Source: Mustelus asterias
Taxonomy: Eukaryota
Direction: 5' to 3'
DNA: 64,000 nucleotides
NCBI RefSeq assembly: GCF_964213995.1
Contig: NC_135830.1
Span: 1,550,001-1,614,000 of the forward strand
This document shows, one piece after another, positions 50,215 to 63,725 of this stretch. Within the stretch, counting starts at the first letter, position 1. Every line of letters starts with the position of its first letter. Under the pieces are notes generated by a model that was not told the origin of the DNA, searched no databases, and worked only from the letters and a program-made list of their open reading frames with translations. The position numbers were made by a program, and so were the translations under genes.

Positions 50215-51290
50215 GCCCATGTTAAAAAGCAGTACCTCAAAGCCTGTGGATTTATCCCTGGCCCACGTACTGGAGCGTACAGAAAAAGAAGAATAGGACA
50301 GATAAATGTGTGGTACAAGAGTTGGTTCAGGGGAAAGCGTTTTAGATTCCTAGATCACGAAGACCGTTTCTGGGAAATGCGGAACATATACAAGGACTTG
50401 AATCAGAACTGGACCAACATCCTTGCGGGTGATTTTGTTGGTGCTGTTGGGGTGAGTTGAAATTACTTTGGTAAGGGGAGGGAAAACAAAGGCAGTGCCA
50501 TAGGGACACAACATACAATTTAAACAAAGCAAGACAGAGGGAGTTCAGCCATATTGAGTTTCAAGGGAATAAGGGGAGGCTGGATGGCATCTACCTTAAT
50601 GAAAGAAGTATTTTAGGTAATACTGATGAGCGACGGACATGGATTGGCATGTTGAATTGTGTTTGTATTGACATCAGAGAGGCATAGTTGAAGGAGATGC
50701 AGGACGGGCAACACAACATTACGGGTTATAGTGTTTCCAGGCGAGGGTGCAGAAGAGGCGTTTGTGTCACAGTTAATTAAGGGTCCATTCACTGCAACAA
50801 GAAGGGACGATATATTGTAAGAATCTTTGTATTAGGCTTTATGTGTCGAGCTTACGAATAAAAAGGGGCAGTCACTTTGCTGGGAGTGTATTGCAGGCCA
50901 CCAACACAGTCAGCGGGCAATGGAGCAGCAGATATCTGGATAATTCATTGAGGTGTTTAAAAAGAATAATAAAAGGGTTATTATATCAGGAGATTTCAAT
51001 TTCCGCAAAATGATTTGGGATAGATATAGAGCAATGGGTTTAGAGGAGGCGGATGGCTTAGAACGTATTCGGGGCACTTTTCCTGCCAACGTGTAGAATA
51101 TCCAATAAGGGATGGTGCTGTACTGGATCTACATCTGAGGAACAAAGTCGAGCTGGTGTTTGAGGTGGCAGTGGGGGAGTATTTTTGTCCCATCCACCAA
51201 AACACAAAACAGTTTAAATTTGTTACCCGAATGGAAAACTAATCGCCGCAAAAAATACAGTTTTGAGTTGGGGAAGACAGATTTAACTAA
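50215..51290 (+). mobile_element. Old CR1 ORF1-end / ORF2 endonuclease fragment
   Basis: FRFLDHEDRFW...LNQNWTNILAG; ggagatttcaattttccg (GDFNFP). Confidence 0.7.
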
Positions 51291-51391
51291 AGTCAAGAAT
51301 AAAGTAATGTGAGAGCGTGTCTAAGGCGCTGGACTTAGGTTACAGTCACTGCAGAGCCGTGAGTTCCAATTCCACTGCCGCCAAATATTAG

Positions 51392-51725
51392 CGGCACAAT
51401 GAAACAGTAGTTACCAATGCTGCCTCAAAGTTCCAAAGGCCAGGGTTCGATTCCCAGCTTAGGCCACTAGTGTGGAGTCTACACGTTTTCCCCATGTTTG
51501 CATGTTTTTCCTTCGGGTGCTCTAGTTTGCACCAACAGTCCAAAGATATACGGGTTAGGTGCTTTGACCATGCTAAATTACCCTTTAGTGTCCCGGGAAG
51601 CGTCGGTTAGAGGGATTAGCGTGTAAATATGTGGGGTTATGGGGTATAAGGCCTATGTGGGATTGTTGTTGGTGCAGACTCAATGGGCCGAATGGCCTCC
51701 TTCTGCACTGTAAGGTTTCTATGAT
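51392..51725 (+). mobile_element. Diverged HE1 SINE
   Basis: gggttcgattcccagc...gactcaatgggccgaatggcctcc. Confidence 0.75.
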
Positions 51726-51729
51726 TGCA

Positions 51730-53285
51730 TGATGCTAAATGTGAGACCAAATGATTGGAAGTCAGTTATGTGGTTCCACTTTCCTGGAGGTGTAGTATAT
51801 ATCAACAAGGGCATTAAACTCCAGCGAGTCTTAAGTGATTCATAGCGAAACTTTTGGAGAACATTCTGAAGGAGAGAATTAATCGGCACTTCAAGAGATA
51901 ATGTTGGATCAGGGATACTTATGATTGCTTTGACAAAGGAAGGTCATGTTAAAAAAATAATATTTTTTCAGTACGATATAGGTGAGAAGGTGAGCGGATG
52001 ATAAGTAAATTTAAGGGTGAGAGAAAAGATGCTAGCGTGGTTCGCGAAAAAGTTTGCAGGAAGTGAGAGATGACACATTCTGAAAAAGGTATATCAAATT
52101 TTAAAAAGGTTTGATAAGGTAAATATGGAGTAATTGCTTTCTCTTTTGGGGCAATCTAGAAAACGAGGTCACATATATAGTTTGAGAGGCTGTAGATTAA
52201 AAACTGAGAAGAGGAGAAACTACTTCTCAAAAATGGTGATGAATTTATGGAACTCGCTTTCACATAGCACGAAGGAGCCTGAATCGTTGAATGGCTTCGA
52301 GAGGGAAACAGATATATTTTCAATAACAAAAGGGAAAGAGGGACATGGGGAACGGGTGGGGAAGTGGATTTGTGACCAAGAAGAGATCAGCCATGATCTG
52401 ATTGAATGGTGGATCATGATAGAAGAGCTGAATTTGCCTACTCTTGCGCATAATACCTATGTTCCTACGAGTAGCTCAAATGCGGTGGATCAGAGGCAGG
52501 TAGAACTTAAAACTGAAAAGTGTTAAATGATACACTTAGGATGGAGTAAAAAGAGAAGGGAGAACTCAATGAATGGAAGGAAACAAGACAACTCAGAGGA
52601 GCAGATGTATCTTTGGATGCTTGCCCACGGATCCCTGAAAGCGGCAGGGCAGAGTTAATGGTAATTAAGAAGGCATACGGAACTTCTCTATCACTCTTGG
52701 CATAGACTATATGAGCAGGACGGATATGTTTTAACTGTATAAAACTTTGGATAGAAAACAACTGCACTGTGTGCATTTGTTGTCGCCCCATTTCAGGAAG
52801 CATATGAATTCATTGGCGAGGTTGAAGAGAAGATTCATTTGAATTGCGCCTGAGCTGAACAGTTCTAGACATGAAGAGAGGATGGATACGGTTGTGTTGT
52901 TTAGAGCAGAGGAGGCAGAAAAGGAACCTGATTGGATTGGATAAGGTCAAGATGTTTATGAATAGCTCAGGGAGGAAATAGCTATTCCCCATCGTTAAAG
53001 GTTCAATAGCAAAGGGGCATAATTTTAAGGGGAGTTGCAGGTTTAGAGGGGATTCAAGAAGACAATTTTCACAGAAGTGGAAGTTTGGAATGCACTGCCT
53101 GGGAGGATTGTAGAGACAGGAATCCTCACAATCTTTATAAAGTACATTGTTGAGCACATGAAATGTCATAACATTCAAGGCTATGGGCCAGGTGCTGCAA
53201 AGTGGGATTAGTTTAGATTTAGTGTATATTTGTTGGCTTGGAATCGATGTGCCGAAGGGTCTCTTCTATACTGTATGACTCTGTG
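51730..53285 (+). mobile_element. Two degenerate CR1 3' fragments
   Basis: RRNYFSKMVMNLWNSL; aagaaggcatacgg; tggaatgcactgcctggg; CR1 tails. Confidence 0.7.
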
Positions 53286-53959
53286 AGTTTCCATTCTGGA
53301 GCCTGCGGGCATAGTTATAGAAGGATCGACAAGTTTTTACATTCCTTTGATTTTCATGGTCATTTATATAAGTTAGATGTCGATAGGCTACCTTTGTTTC
53401 TATGCCATTTTTCAATTCTAGACCTTTGATATAAATGGAATTGTTACCTGCCTAATTAGGATATCAGTCAACAACGGTATTGTCAGATTGAAGGTCCACT
53501 TAATGTGAAGGCCAGCAGGGAACCTTTGTTAAAAGACATAATTTTTCATTTAAAATCGCATGTTTGTTATTATGCTCAATCTATGACATCAACACCAAAG
53601 CAAAAACAGACTATATTAAAGTGCTTGCACAAGGATTACAATCCGCCATGTGTCATTGTTTAATTAACGGTGTTTGTTCAACGACTGTAAGTAACATTAT
53701 CGGTAATGTTACCTAATTGTGTCCATGGCGGATAACGTCAGGTGTAATAGAGTGTTCTTTGAAAATCGAGCACAGCACAAGTGATTCTGAGATAGATATT
53801 GCTGCATCTCACAGAAGATGCATGCCCCGTTACTGGACTACCATGTGCCATTTACTACACTACACTTGCTGTCATTACGGTCCCAGGTAATGTATCAAAA
53901 TAAGGTCTTCGTTGTATACTTGAATGCATCTCAAAGATATTGTACACAAAAGGATAGAA

Positions 53960-54307
53960 GGGCGGCACGGTAGCACACTGGTTAGCGCTGCTGCTTCACA
54001 GCTCCAGGGACCTGGGTTCGATTCCCGGCTTGGGTCACTGTCTGTGTGGAGTTTGCACATTCTCCTCGTGTCTGCGTGGGTTTCCTCCAGGTGCTCCGGT
54101 TTCCTCCCACAGTCCAAAGATGTGCGGGTTAGGTTGATTGGCAATGCAAAAATTGCCCCTTAGTGTCCTGGGATGCGTAGATTAGAGGAATTAGCGGGTA
54201 AAATATGAAGGGATATGGGGGTAGGGCCTGGGTGGGATTGTGGTCGGTGCAGACTCGATGGGCCGAATGGCCTCTTTCTGTACCGTAGGGTTTCTATGAT
54301 TCTATGA
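53960..54307 (+). mobile_element. Full-length HE1 SINE
   Basis: HE1 head, core and tail. Confidence 0.92.
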
Positions 54308-54412
54308 ATGTATCCAACGTCTGTACATAATTCTGGTAAGGCCCATTAGGAGCTATATATATATATATTGCCACGTCACCTCATGAAGGATAGGACTGGC
54401 ATTCAAAAATGT

Positions 54413-54520
54413 AGTAAGAAGTTTGACAACACCAGGTTAAGTCCAACAGGTTGGACTTTAACCTGGTGTTGTTAAACTTCTTACTGTGTTTACCCCAGTC
54501 CAACGCCGGCATCACCACAT
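54413..54520. mobile_element. Minimal Penelope-like hairpin insertion with 13-bp TSD
   Basis: CATTCAAAAATGT at 54400-54412 and 54521-54533; internal fold-back. Confidence 0.8.
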
Positions 54521-56214
54521 CATTCAAAAATGTTGCAATGTAGTTTCGCTATGATGATACCAAGTCTTCGTCAGTAAATTCTCAGGAACGGTTGCATAAA
54601 TCTCATCTGTTGTACATTCCGTATATAAGATTAAAGGACGAGTTAATAGCATTGATTAAAATCAGTAAAGGGTTTCAAAGATCCGTGGGGAAGAAACAGT
54701 TTTTCTGGTGGTGATGCTCAGAGCAAGGGGCAGAAGGGGTGAAATGACTCAGAACATGGTTTTCTAAAGGGTATGTCATCCCAGACGAGCCTGATTTGAC
54801 TTAATAAAGCAATGCATAAAGAAATAGACATAGGAATATATCTAGGTATGGAATTTGTTTTGACAAAGTAAGCGCTTTGACAAAGGGTCATCTGGACTCG
54901 AAACGTCAGCTCTTTTCACTCCTTATAGATGCTGCCAGATATGAGCATCTGAGATTTTCTAGTATTTTCTCTTTTGGTATCAGATTCCAGCATCCACAGT
55001 AATTTGCTTTCAACATCTATCAGTGTTATTTGTAATAGAGTTCACAGAACACTTGATTAGAGGCCACACAGGGCCATTTTACTTCACGGTGAAGGTCTTG
55101 GAATTGTTTGGAACTAAGTATCAATGTCATAAGGGTTCTGGACTTACTGGATGTGGAGAAGCTGTTTCTTTATCCAACCACTCTATGTCTCTAACCGTCT
55201 TTCATAGAAGAACAAAGAAAATTACAGCACAGGGGCAGGCCCTTCAAGCACTCCAAGCATGTATATAGCTGCACATAGCACGTTTTCAGTCACACAGTTT
55301 CTCCAAGTTCTGAAGGGCCGCACGTAGAATTCCAGTCCGTTTTCTGCTAGGATAAGGCTACCGATTTTCATTTGACAGCAGATCCGAAAAAAGGCAATTT
55401 CCACAGCATGGTCCTCACCCACATTGCACAGTTCTGCAGACAATTTTCAGCCCTGGTATACACGGTGGCACAGTGGTCAGCACTGCTGTGTAACAACGCT
55501 GTGTAACAACGCTGTGTAACAACAAAAAATTTGAATCAAACCCCCTTTAATGGATAAAGGGGGGGTGAAACTTATCCTACCCTCTGGGCCAACAGTATAA
55601 GTGGTTGGATAAAGAAAACATAAAGATAAAGAATAAATCAATTAAGTTGTACCTTTCCAAACAGCTTTTTGAAAGGACATGGACTTAAGATCAACTGTGC
55701 TATCATCCATCATCAAACAATTCAGTTATTTCATTGATCAACGAAACAAAGGTTGGTGGACAAGCTTCCTTTCAGAAACTCATATGCTTCTGAGTACCAA
55801 TTATTTCATTTTCTGGGATTAGCATGATTTAAGGTTGACACATTAATGAATTCAGGACGACAGGTCTGCTGTTTCTTATTTCCTCTCCACACCCTATTTT
55901 GAAAAATCAGCGTTGCTTTTGCATACCTGAAGTTTACATCTCACCCTTCCCAAATTAAGTTCTGAAATCATGCTTTCCCCATGTTTGAGAGCAATGTATC
56001 GGAGGATGCGATTACCATGAGTGGTAAAGTTGGTTATTCTGGTTGAGTGTAACGACTGTTGAAACGTATGAGGTCAGTTTTGCACACATTACTCTCTGTT
56101 CTTGTTACTGAATGAATAGTTAAATTAGTTTAGCCCTTTCTGCTCAGGGTTGGAACGAAAGCTTTCTCATAATTTGGTGCAAGGTTGTTTCTTTCTAATT
56201 CAGAGGGTCATTGG

Positions 56215-56975
56215 CTTTAGAGATATAGAGTCAAAGAATCTGCTGCACGAAGACACGCCCTGCAGCGCAAACTGGTCCATGCCGACCAACATGCCAATCT
56301 AAGCTAATCCCATTTGTCTTCATTTGATTCATATCCCTCTTAACTTTTCCATCCATGTATTTTTCCAAATGCCTTTTAATTGGTGTCTATATCCCTGCCT
56401 CAACCACTTCCTCCAGCAATTCATTCTACAGACGTGCCACGCTCTGTTTAAAAAAGTTGCTCCCATTAATTATTTCCTCTCATAGCTTAAACCTATGCCC
56501 TCTAGTTCTCGATTCCCCAACCTGAGGAAAAAGACTGAGTGCATTCACATTATCCATGCCTCTCATGATCTTATGCAGATCTAATATCATCCCTCTGTCT
56601 CCCATGCTCCGAAGAAAAAAGTCCTAGCTGCCCAATCTCTCCTTATAACTCAGTCCCTTGAGTCTTGGCCATGTCCTTGTCAATCTCTGCTGCACTCTCT
56701 CCAGTTTAATAATATATTTGCGATAGCAAAGCGACCAGAACTGAACACAATACTCCAGGTCAGGCCTCACCAATGTTGTGTACAACTGCAGCATTAACTC
56801 CCAATTTCAATACTCAATGCCGTGACTTATCAAGGTTAGCATGCCAAAAGCTTTCTTCACTGCCCTATCTACCTGTGAGTCCACCGTTGAAGAATCATGC
56901 ACCTGAACTCCAGCGTTCCTCTGTTCCACGATACAGAGGGACCTTTATCCAGGATTCTCTCAAAATATCTGCTTA
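56215..56975 (-). mobile_element. CR1 LINE 3' fragment
   Basis: ccagaactgaacacaatactccagg is the reverse complement of LEYCVQFW. Confidence 0.75.
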
Positions 56976-57074
56976 TTATTGATAATCTTGCCTTTAGTTT
57001 ATTTACTACCTCCCTACCATCACTACCATTCAAACTGCCGATCATCGCAACCCCCATGTGTTTCACATTGCGAT

Positions 57075-57930
57075 CAGGGGAAGTGATAGCATCGTGGTAT
57101 TATCTAGTATTACAGAAATACAGATAATATTCTCTTTATTCAAACCCGCCATCACAGCCGGTGACATTGAATTAAAAAAATCTGGAATTAACAATGTATT
57201 GATGGCAATGAAACCATTGTTAATTGTCAGAAAAAAAAATACCTGGTTCACACACAGGCAGTACTGTGGCACAGTGGTTAGCACTGCTGCAAAAAACGCG
57301 AGGGAACCATGTTCGATTCCCAGCTTGGGTCACTGTGCGGAGTTTGCATGTTCTCTCCGTGTCTGCGTGGATTTCCTCCGCATGCTGCAGTTTCCTCCAC
57401 AGTCCAAAATACGTGCGGGTCAGGTGTATTTAGACATGCTAAATTCTCCCGCAATGTATCCGAACATGCGCCGGAGTGTGGCAACCAGGACATTTTCACA
57501 GTAACATCATTGCAGTGTTAATATAAGCCTACATGTGACACGAATAAAAAAAAACTAATGTCCTTTAGGTAATGAAATTTTCCATCCTTACCTAGTCTGG
57601 CCCACATATGAGTGATGTGGAGATGCCGGCGTTGGACTGGGGTAAACACAGTAAGAAGTTTAACAACATTGAACATTAGAATTTGTCACAACTGTTTGTG
57701 AACAGAATTCCCACTCACCTGAAGAAGGGGCTTGCAGCTCCGAAAGCTTGTGTGGCTTTTGCTACCAAATAAACCTGTTGGACTTTAACCTGGTGTTGTT
57801 AAACTTCTTACCACATATGAGTCCAGGGCCAAAGCAAGGTGGTTGACTCTCAACTGCCCTCCAAGTGTAATTAGGGATGGACAATAAATGCTGCTGAGCC
57901 AACGACACCCATGTGTCACGAATGAATAAG
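57075..57930 (+). mobile_element. DeuSINE-like SINE interrupted by an HE1-related SINE (57259-57552) and a Penelope-like insertion (57614-57810)
   Basis: Deu core split at acctggttca / ctaatgtcctttagg; CCACATATGAGT TSD at 57602-57613 and 57811-57822. Confidence 0.78.
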
Positions 57931-59329
57931 AAAAATTATAATGTATGAAACTGAAAATCTGCCAGCACACAACGATGACAGCCAGTAATGGTGCAAAAGA
58001 TTCCTGGTCAGCCATGTGACGGAAAGAATGCTACACTCACTACCATCACGGCACGACAAGACCCTACAATACTGATTGCAATGTTATGTACATGGGAACT
58101 GCGATGCTCGGCAGTTAGGGTGCTGATGGTTGTAGGGAGGAACGAAAAAAACCTATAAATAGGATATATTAATAAAATGTGCTCTGCCATATTTACGTGG
58201 GTTCCTTGAAATGGACTGTGAAACAAAAACTCCTGAATTATCACCAGTCCTGTAACTTTTATATTGCAGCTTAACCTGCACATTTAAAGGGAAATGAATT
58301 CAGAAGTTTCTTCCGATGCAAACTAATGTTTCTACCGGAGAATCTGGTCTCCGTTTGGACTCTGGGTCAATAGAACATAACTTGTGTGTGCTTTATTTTG
58401 GGTGACGTGGGTGAACCGAGTCACATGAATGCCGAATCACTATTAACAGAATAATGAAACGTTAATTCAACAATAAAATATTAACTCTAACAGCCTATTC
58501 GCTCGTTCCCACCATAACTTTAAAAGCATATACAGGTTAATAAGCATTACACCAATTAGAAAATTCTAATGTTCTCGACAAGTACATAGATCAAGTAAAT
58601 CAATAGGCGATATGTGGTCAGGCACAGAATAGCCTGAAGCCAATTAGCAGAAGCTGCCCAATAAATCTTCGGTGGATTTCTCATTACAACCCCCAAGATG
58701 TTTGTCAAACTTTGTGAGCCAAATGCTCTTACCGTAACACTGGCATGCACACAAGTGTTTCCAGTCTCCACTGTTAGAACACAAATATGCGGGGGAATGT
58801 TCCTCCAACAACACTGCACTAAAGATCCACTACCAGTATTTAAATCGCTCCTTTGAGTTGCTTCACATATTTGATCAAACTTCTGATTTCCCTCTGATGT
58901 CTGGCTATTCACTACAAGTCTGTTTATTGCAGCTGCATTCTTCTTCAGAACATCTTGTCTGCTTTTTGAACTTTAACTTTAGCTAGAATCCCTTTCTCCA
59001 TTTGTTATTTTTGCTCATTTAACATAACTGTCTCCCTCCGACGTGCCTTTTGTCCCAACTCATTTGTTTCTGGGCTTCCTCTTGTTCGTGGGGAAGTTTG
59101 ATTTCTCAAGTTCCAGAGTTCTGTATAATTCCTCCTGGGTCCAGTTTAAAACTACACTCAAATGTCATTTCCAACCTAGGGTGGCATCTGATTGCTAAAC
59201 AACATCCTAGGTTTTCTTTCAAGACCCTTTGTTTCCACGTCTTAAACTCTGATTGCCATACATACATATCAGCCGTACTGATGCTGTTAACATTTTGATA
59301 TTCAAAACCACTTAATTTAACTTAAATAA

Positions 59330-60440
59330 GTAAAGAACAAATAAAAGTACAACACAGGAACAGGCCCTTCGAGCCTATGCCGATTATGATGCCCTAACTT
59401 AATTAAAAATGAATGTTCTGCCCTTACTCAGTCCGTATCCCTCTATTCCCTCCCTTACAAACCCACCCAGATGCCACTTAAATATTACTAATGTGTCTGC
59501 TTCCACCAAGTCCACTGGCAGCTCACTCCAGGCACCCACCACTCTCTGTGTGAAAAATCTCCCCCCACACATCTCCCGTAAACTTTTCCCCTCTCCCCTT
59601 GAACCTGTGCCCCTTGCATGGACACTTCCACCCTTGGAAAAAAACCTCTGAATATCCATCCTTGCTTTTCCTCTCATAATTTTGTAGACCTCTATGAGGT
59701 CTCGCATCAGCCTCTGTCTTTCCAATTTAAACAATCCAAGTTTATTCAATCTCTCGTTGCAGAAAACACCCTCGAGTCCAGGCAACATCCTGCTGAATCT
59801 TCTTTGAACTCTCTCCAAAGCTTCCATGTTCTTCTGGTAGGGTGGTGATCAGAACTGCTCACAATATTCCAAATGCGGCCAAACTAAAATTTTATAAAGC
59901 CGCAACACGATTTTGCAATTCTTGTACTCAATACCCTGGCTGATGAAGGCAACCATGCCATATGCATTCTCAATCACCATGGCCGCAGGCATTGCCACTT
60001 TTAGGGAACTGACCTGCACGTCCATACCCTTCTTTTTGTTAATGTTCCGAAGGACTTTGCTATCTACGGTGTTATTCACACCTAAACTTCATCCACCAAA
60101 ATGTAACACCTCCCATTTGTTCGAATGAAACTCTATATGCCATTTCTGTGCCAAAGTCTCCAATCTATCTATATGTTGTTGTATCCTCTGACAATCCGCA
60201 GAACTGTCAGCAAGTCCACCATCGTCGTGTTATCTGCAAACTTATTAATCAGACCATCAGCTTTTTCTTCCATATCACCTAGATATACTACAAGCAACAG
60301 TGGTGCTAGCAATGATCCCTGCGGAGCACCACTACCTACTGGTCTCCAATCTGAAAAAGACCCTTCCACTGCTACTCTCTGTCTTCTACAAACAAACCAA
60401 TTCTGCATCCACCTCGCAAGCCCACTCCAAATTACCTGTA
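59330..60440 (-). mobile_element. CR1 LINE RT/3' fragment
   Basis: Minus-strand GAPQGSLLAP, FADNT, EALERVQRRFSRMLPG. Confidence 0.88.
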
Positions 60441-63400
60441 ACCGATTTCTAATACCCACAAACACAAATATTGATTACCCAATATTACGTTTGTTTCCTG
60501 ACACATCCTCACCCTTGAAAGAAAGGCACCTTCATAACCATGAAGACATAATTTCATTGGTAAAGGAAAACTAATTTCATTTTATAACTGCGCATGCCAT
60601 ATATTATAATTGCAAAAAAGTGGCAATGCATTTAACCAAACTACCCAAAACTGTGCATCATGTCATTGTCATAAGACATGCCTTGTGTTTAGTTTTCTTC
60701 TGGTTTCAATTTTTTAGCTGAGCAAATAATTGAATTCATGTCTACAGTCCTATTTCCCCTTTCATTACCTGCACACATAGTTCCATTCTCAGGTGTTTTC
60801 CTTCAATTCAGCTGTATCAAATTCTCATTTCTATTTCACCAAGCCAAAAACGCAAATTTATGCATTAATTTGCCATTTCCTTTCTTGTCAATACCTTGTT
60901 CGGTGTTTCAAGGATGTTATTGGAATGTTTCATATGTTCACTCAACATAGTTTCATATTATTGCTCTTTCTTGATAATTTTCTGACCGTGTTGTTTCTTC
61001 CAATCGCATTACAAACGAGGCCATTTGAATTTTGTTTGAACCATACCAATCACTTCCTTCCCTGGTGTTTAATCATTGTTCTAATTCTTGAAAATATTTG
61101 CATAGTTTCTAAAATATCTCAGGTCAGTCCTCGACGAATTTTGAATAGCGTTGTGCAAACTGTTCGGTTGCTTGCATTCCAGTTCCAACATCTTGTATTT
61201 GAGCACTGGTAAAAAAATTTAAATTATTGCCCAAGGTCTTTGAGCCCAAAATATTGCATTGAAATTCCAGTCTGTCATCTAACAATTTGTAGTTTCAAAG
61301 TTGCAGGCCGTTCAGTTGTTCTTGCATTGGTCATGACTGACTTTGATTCATCAGTAATATCATCTGGATGAGTTATTGCTCAACTAGATCACAATTTGTC
61401 AAGGCGTTTATATTCACAGAGGCGAGGTTAGAATTATGACAGTCCCGACCTTAAAACATTTCTTTCAGTTTCTGCAGTTTGCGTCCAAGTTCGAGAATCT
61501 TATTGTCGTTTTCACACGAAGTTCAAAACTTTTGTTGCCTTTTAATTCTATAACATATTCTATGTAATTTTATATTCAAACCATATGTGTATTGTAGTCA
61601 CACACACCACACTATCAAACCAAACGGTAGTTGCCAGCCAAATTATCGGCTGTGGATTTTTCATACCATTCCTTCAGATACTTGTCACACAGCGAGCCAA
61701 CTGGTCAGCCTGGAACTCTGACTTTCATGAGTTTATATCCAAACTCTGCTTCCTAAAAATATAGCTTAGCATGCTGTCCCAAACATGGCTTTTGCTCAGA
61801 TTACTTCATCAAGGATCCCCAAGGATTTTGTCTTCTCCTTAAAGTAAGTATTCCTCTGGCATAGGTCTTCATGTGCTTTACAATTTACAAGCAAAATCTC
61901 AGCCACTCTTCCATGCTAATGGAAGACTGCTGGTCCACAGGTTGTATTAATGTTGCACCAATCATAGGATTACTTCAGATTTCTGGCATCCCGCTAGCCG
62001 ATTTCGCCCATTGCTGCCCTGGTTTCCACTCAGAGACACGTTCTGTCAGTTTCTTTAAGTTTATTCAACAATATCTTGCTCAAGTTCTAGTTCTTGTTCT
62101 CTGAGAACTCTGTCTTCCGAAGACTTCTCTTTTCCTTTTCTGAATTCGAGATCTCTCCATTCTTCAGCCTATGTTATTTTTTTCAGCTCCTGGCTCCATT
62201 CCCCTAATTTTCAGCTCGCAGTTTCTGTGTGAGCTGCTTTATTCACAGATATGAGGAAGGAGATGCCATTAAACTGAGACACATTGGATTCTCAAAGGCT
62301 TGACATCATGGATACTGAGGACTTTTTCCCCTTGTGGAAGAGAAACTGAGTGCCAATTTAAGACAGAGATGAGGCAGAATTTCTTCTCTCAGCGGGTAGC
62401 GACTGTGGGTGTTTTTACAGCAGAAAGCGATAGACACTGAGTTGTAAAGTTTATTTACGGTTTAAAAAGACAGATTTGCAATCAGTAAGGGAATCAAGGG
62501 TTATAGGTATAAGACAGGGAAGCGTGGTTGAGGAATATCATTTCAGACCAGTCATGATCTGATTGTAAAGCGGAGCAAACCCGATGGAACAAATAGCCAA
62601 CTTATGTTAGTATGTTGCCTGGTCTTGCGCTAGATTCCCAATTCCCCTTCAACCACAGGAGCTTATGCTTTTCAGCATTGCTCCCTTGTTGCTAAGCAAT
62701 AGCCTAGTCTTTCTTCAACATTGTTTGGTTTCATGTCAGAAACCCTTAACTACAATCCAATTACATTTTTAAGTGAAACCAAAATCCACAGACATAGAAG
62801 CACCTTTTTAATGTTCGTTAACTGAAGTTTTTACCCCATATTTTACAGAAAAAAACACAAAATCATACTAATTTAAAGCTATACCTCATGTAGATTAATT
62901 AAATCTAATTGTTCCCAAAAACAACAGTTGTTCAGCTGAGAGAAGAAATTCTGCCTCATCTCTGTCTTCAATTGGCGCCGTGTTTCTCTTCCACAAAGGA
63001 AAAAATGCTGAGTTTGCTGAAGCTACTTCCATTGGAAAATAGCATTAATGAAGATGATATCTTTGCATCGCCTAAACTGAGTACAGTTCCTGATTAAATG
63101 GATCGCGAACTACAAAACTAATGTGGCTGTGATCACTGGACTGGAAGTTGTGGCCATGCGAGGGAAACACGAACGTGACTTTTGTGATGGTACTTTGCCT
63201 TTCAGAAAAAAATGTTTTAAAATCATGTACTCAGCTGTTTTTTTCATTGTTTCGACCTGTCTTCTTAGATGTCCTTTATTGCTGCTTAAATGGTTTAGGT
63301 GGGATAATGTTTACGTGTAATTTGGACCTAATGCGACGTCCTGGAGTTCAACAAGTTCAGGACCCTTTTAAATTGGCCGGGGGAAGAATGATTGACAGTT

Positions 63401-63450
63401 CAGGGGAGAAGTGCCTTCTTACTTTCAGTTTCGCTGTTGGCTGCTGTTTG

Positions 63451-63725
63451 GGGTGGCACAATGGCACAGTGGTTCGCACTGCTGCTTCACAGCGCCAGGG
63501 ACCCGCATTCGATTCCCGGCTTGCGTCACAGTCTGTGTGGAGTTTGCACATTCTCCCTGTGGTTGCATGGGTTTCCTCCAGGTGCTCCATTTTCGTCCCA
63601 AAGTTTCAACGATGCGCTGGTTAGGTGCATTGACCCGACAGGCGCCGGAGTGTGGCGACTAGGGGAGTTTCACATTAACTTCATTGCAGTGTTAATCGAA
63701 GCCTTACTTGTTGCTCATAAATAAA
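63451..63725 (+). mobile_element. HE1-related SINE (alternative tail)
   Basis: gggtggcacaatggcacagtggtt...ttgcagtgttaat...aataaac. Confidence 0.8.

Noticed and set aside
60900-62270. Possible decayed gag/ORF1-like sequence on the minus strand
   Set aside because: No recognisable intact motif by eye.
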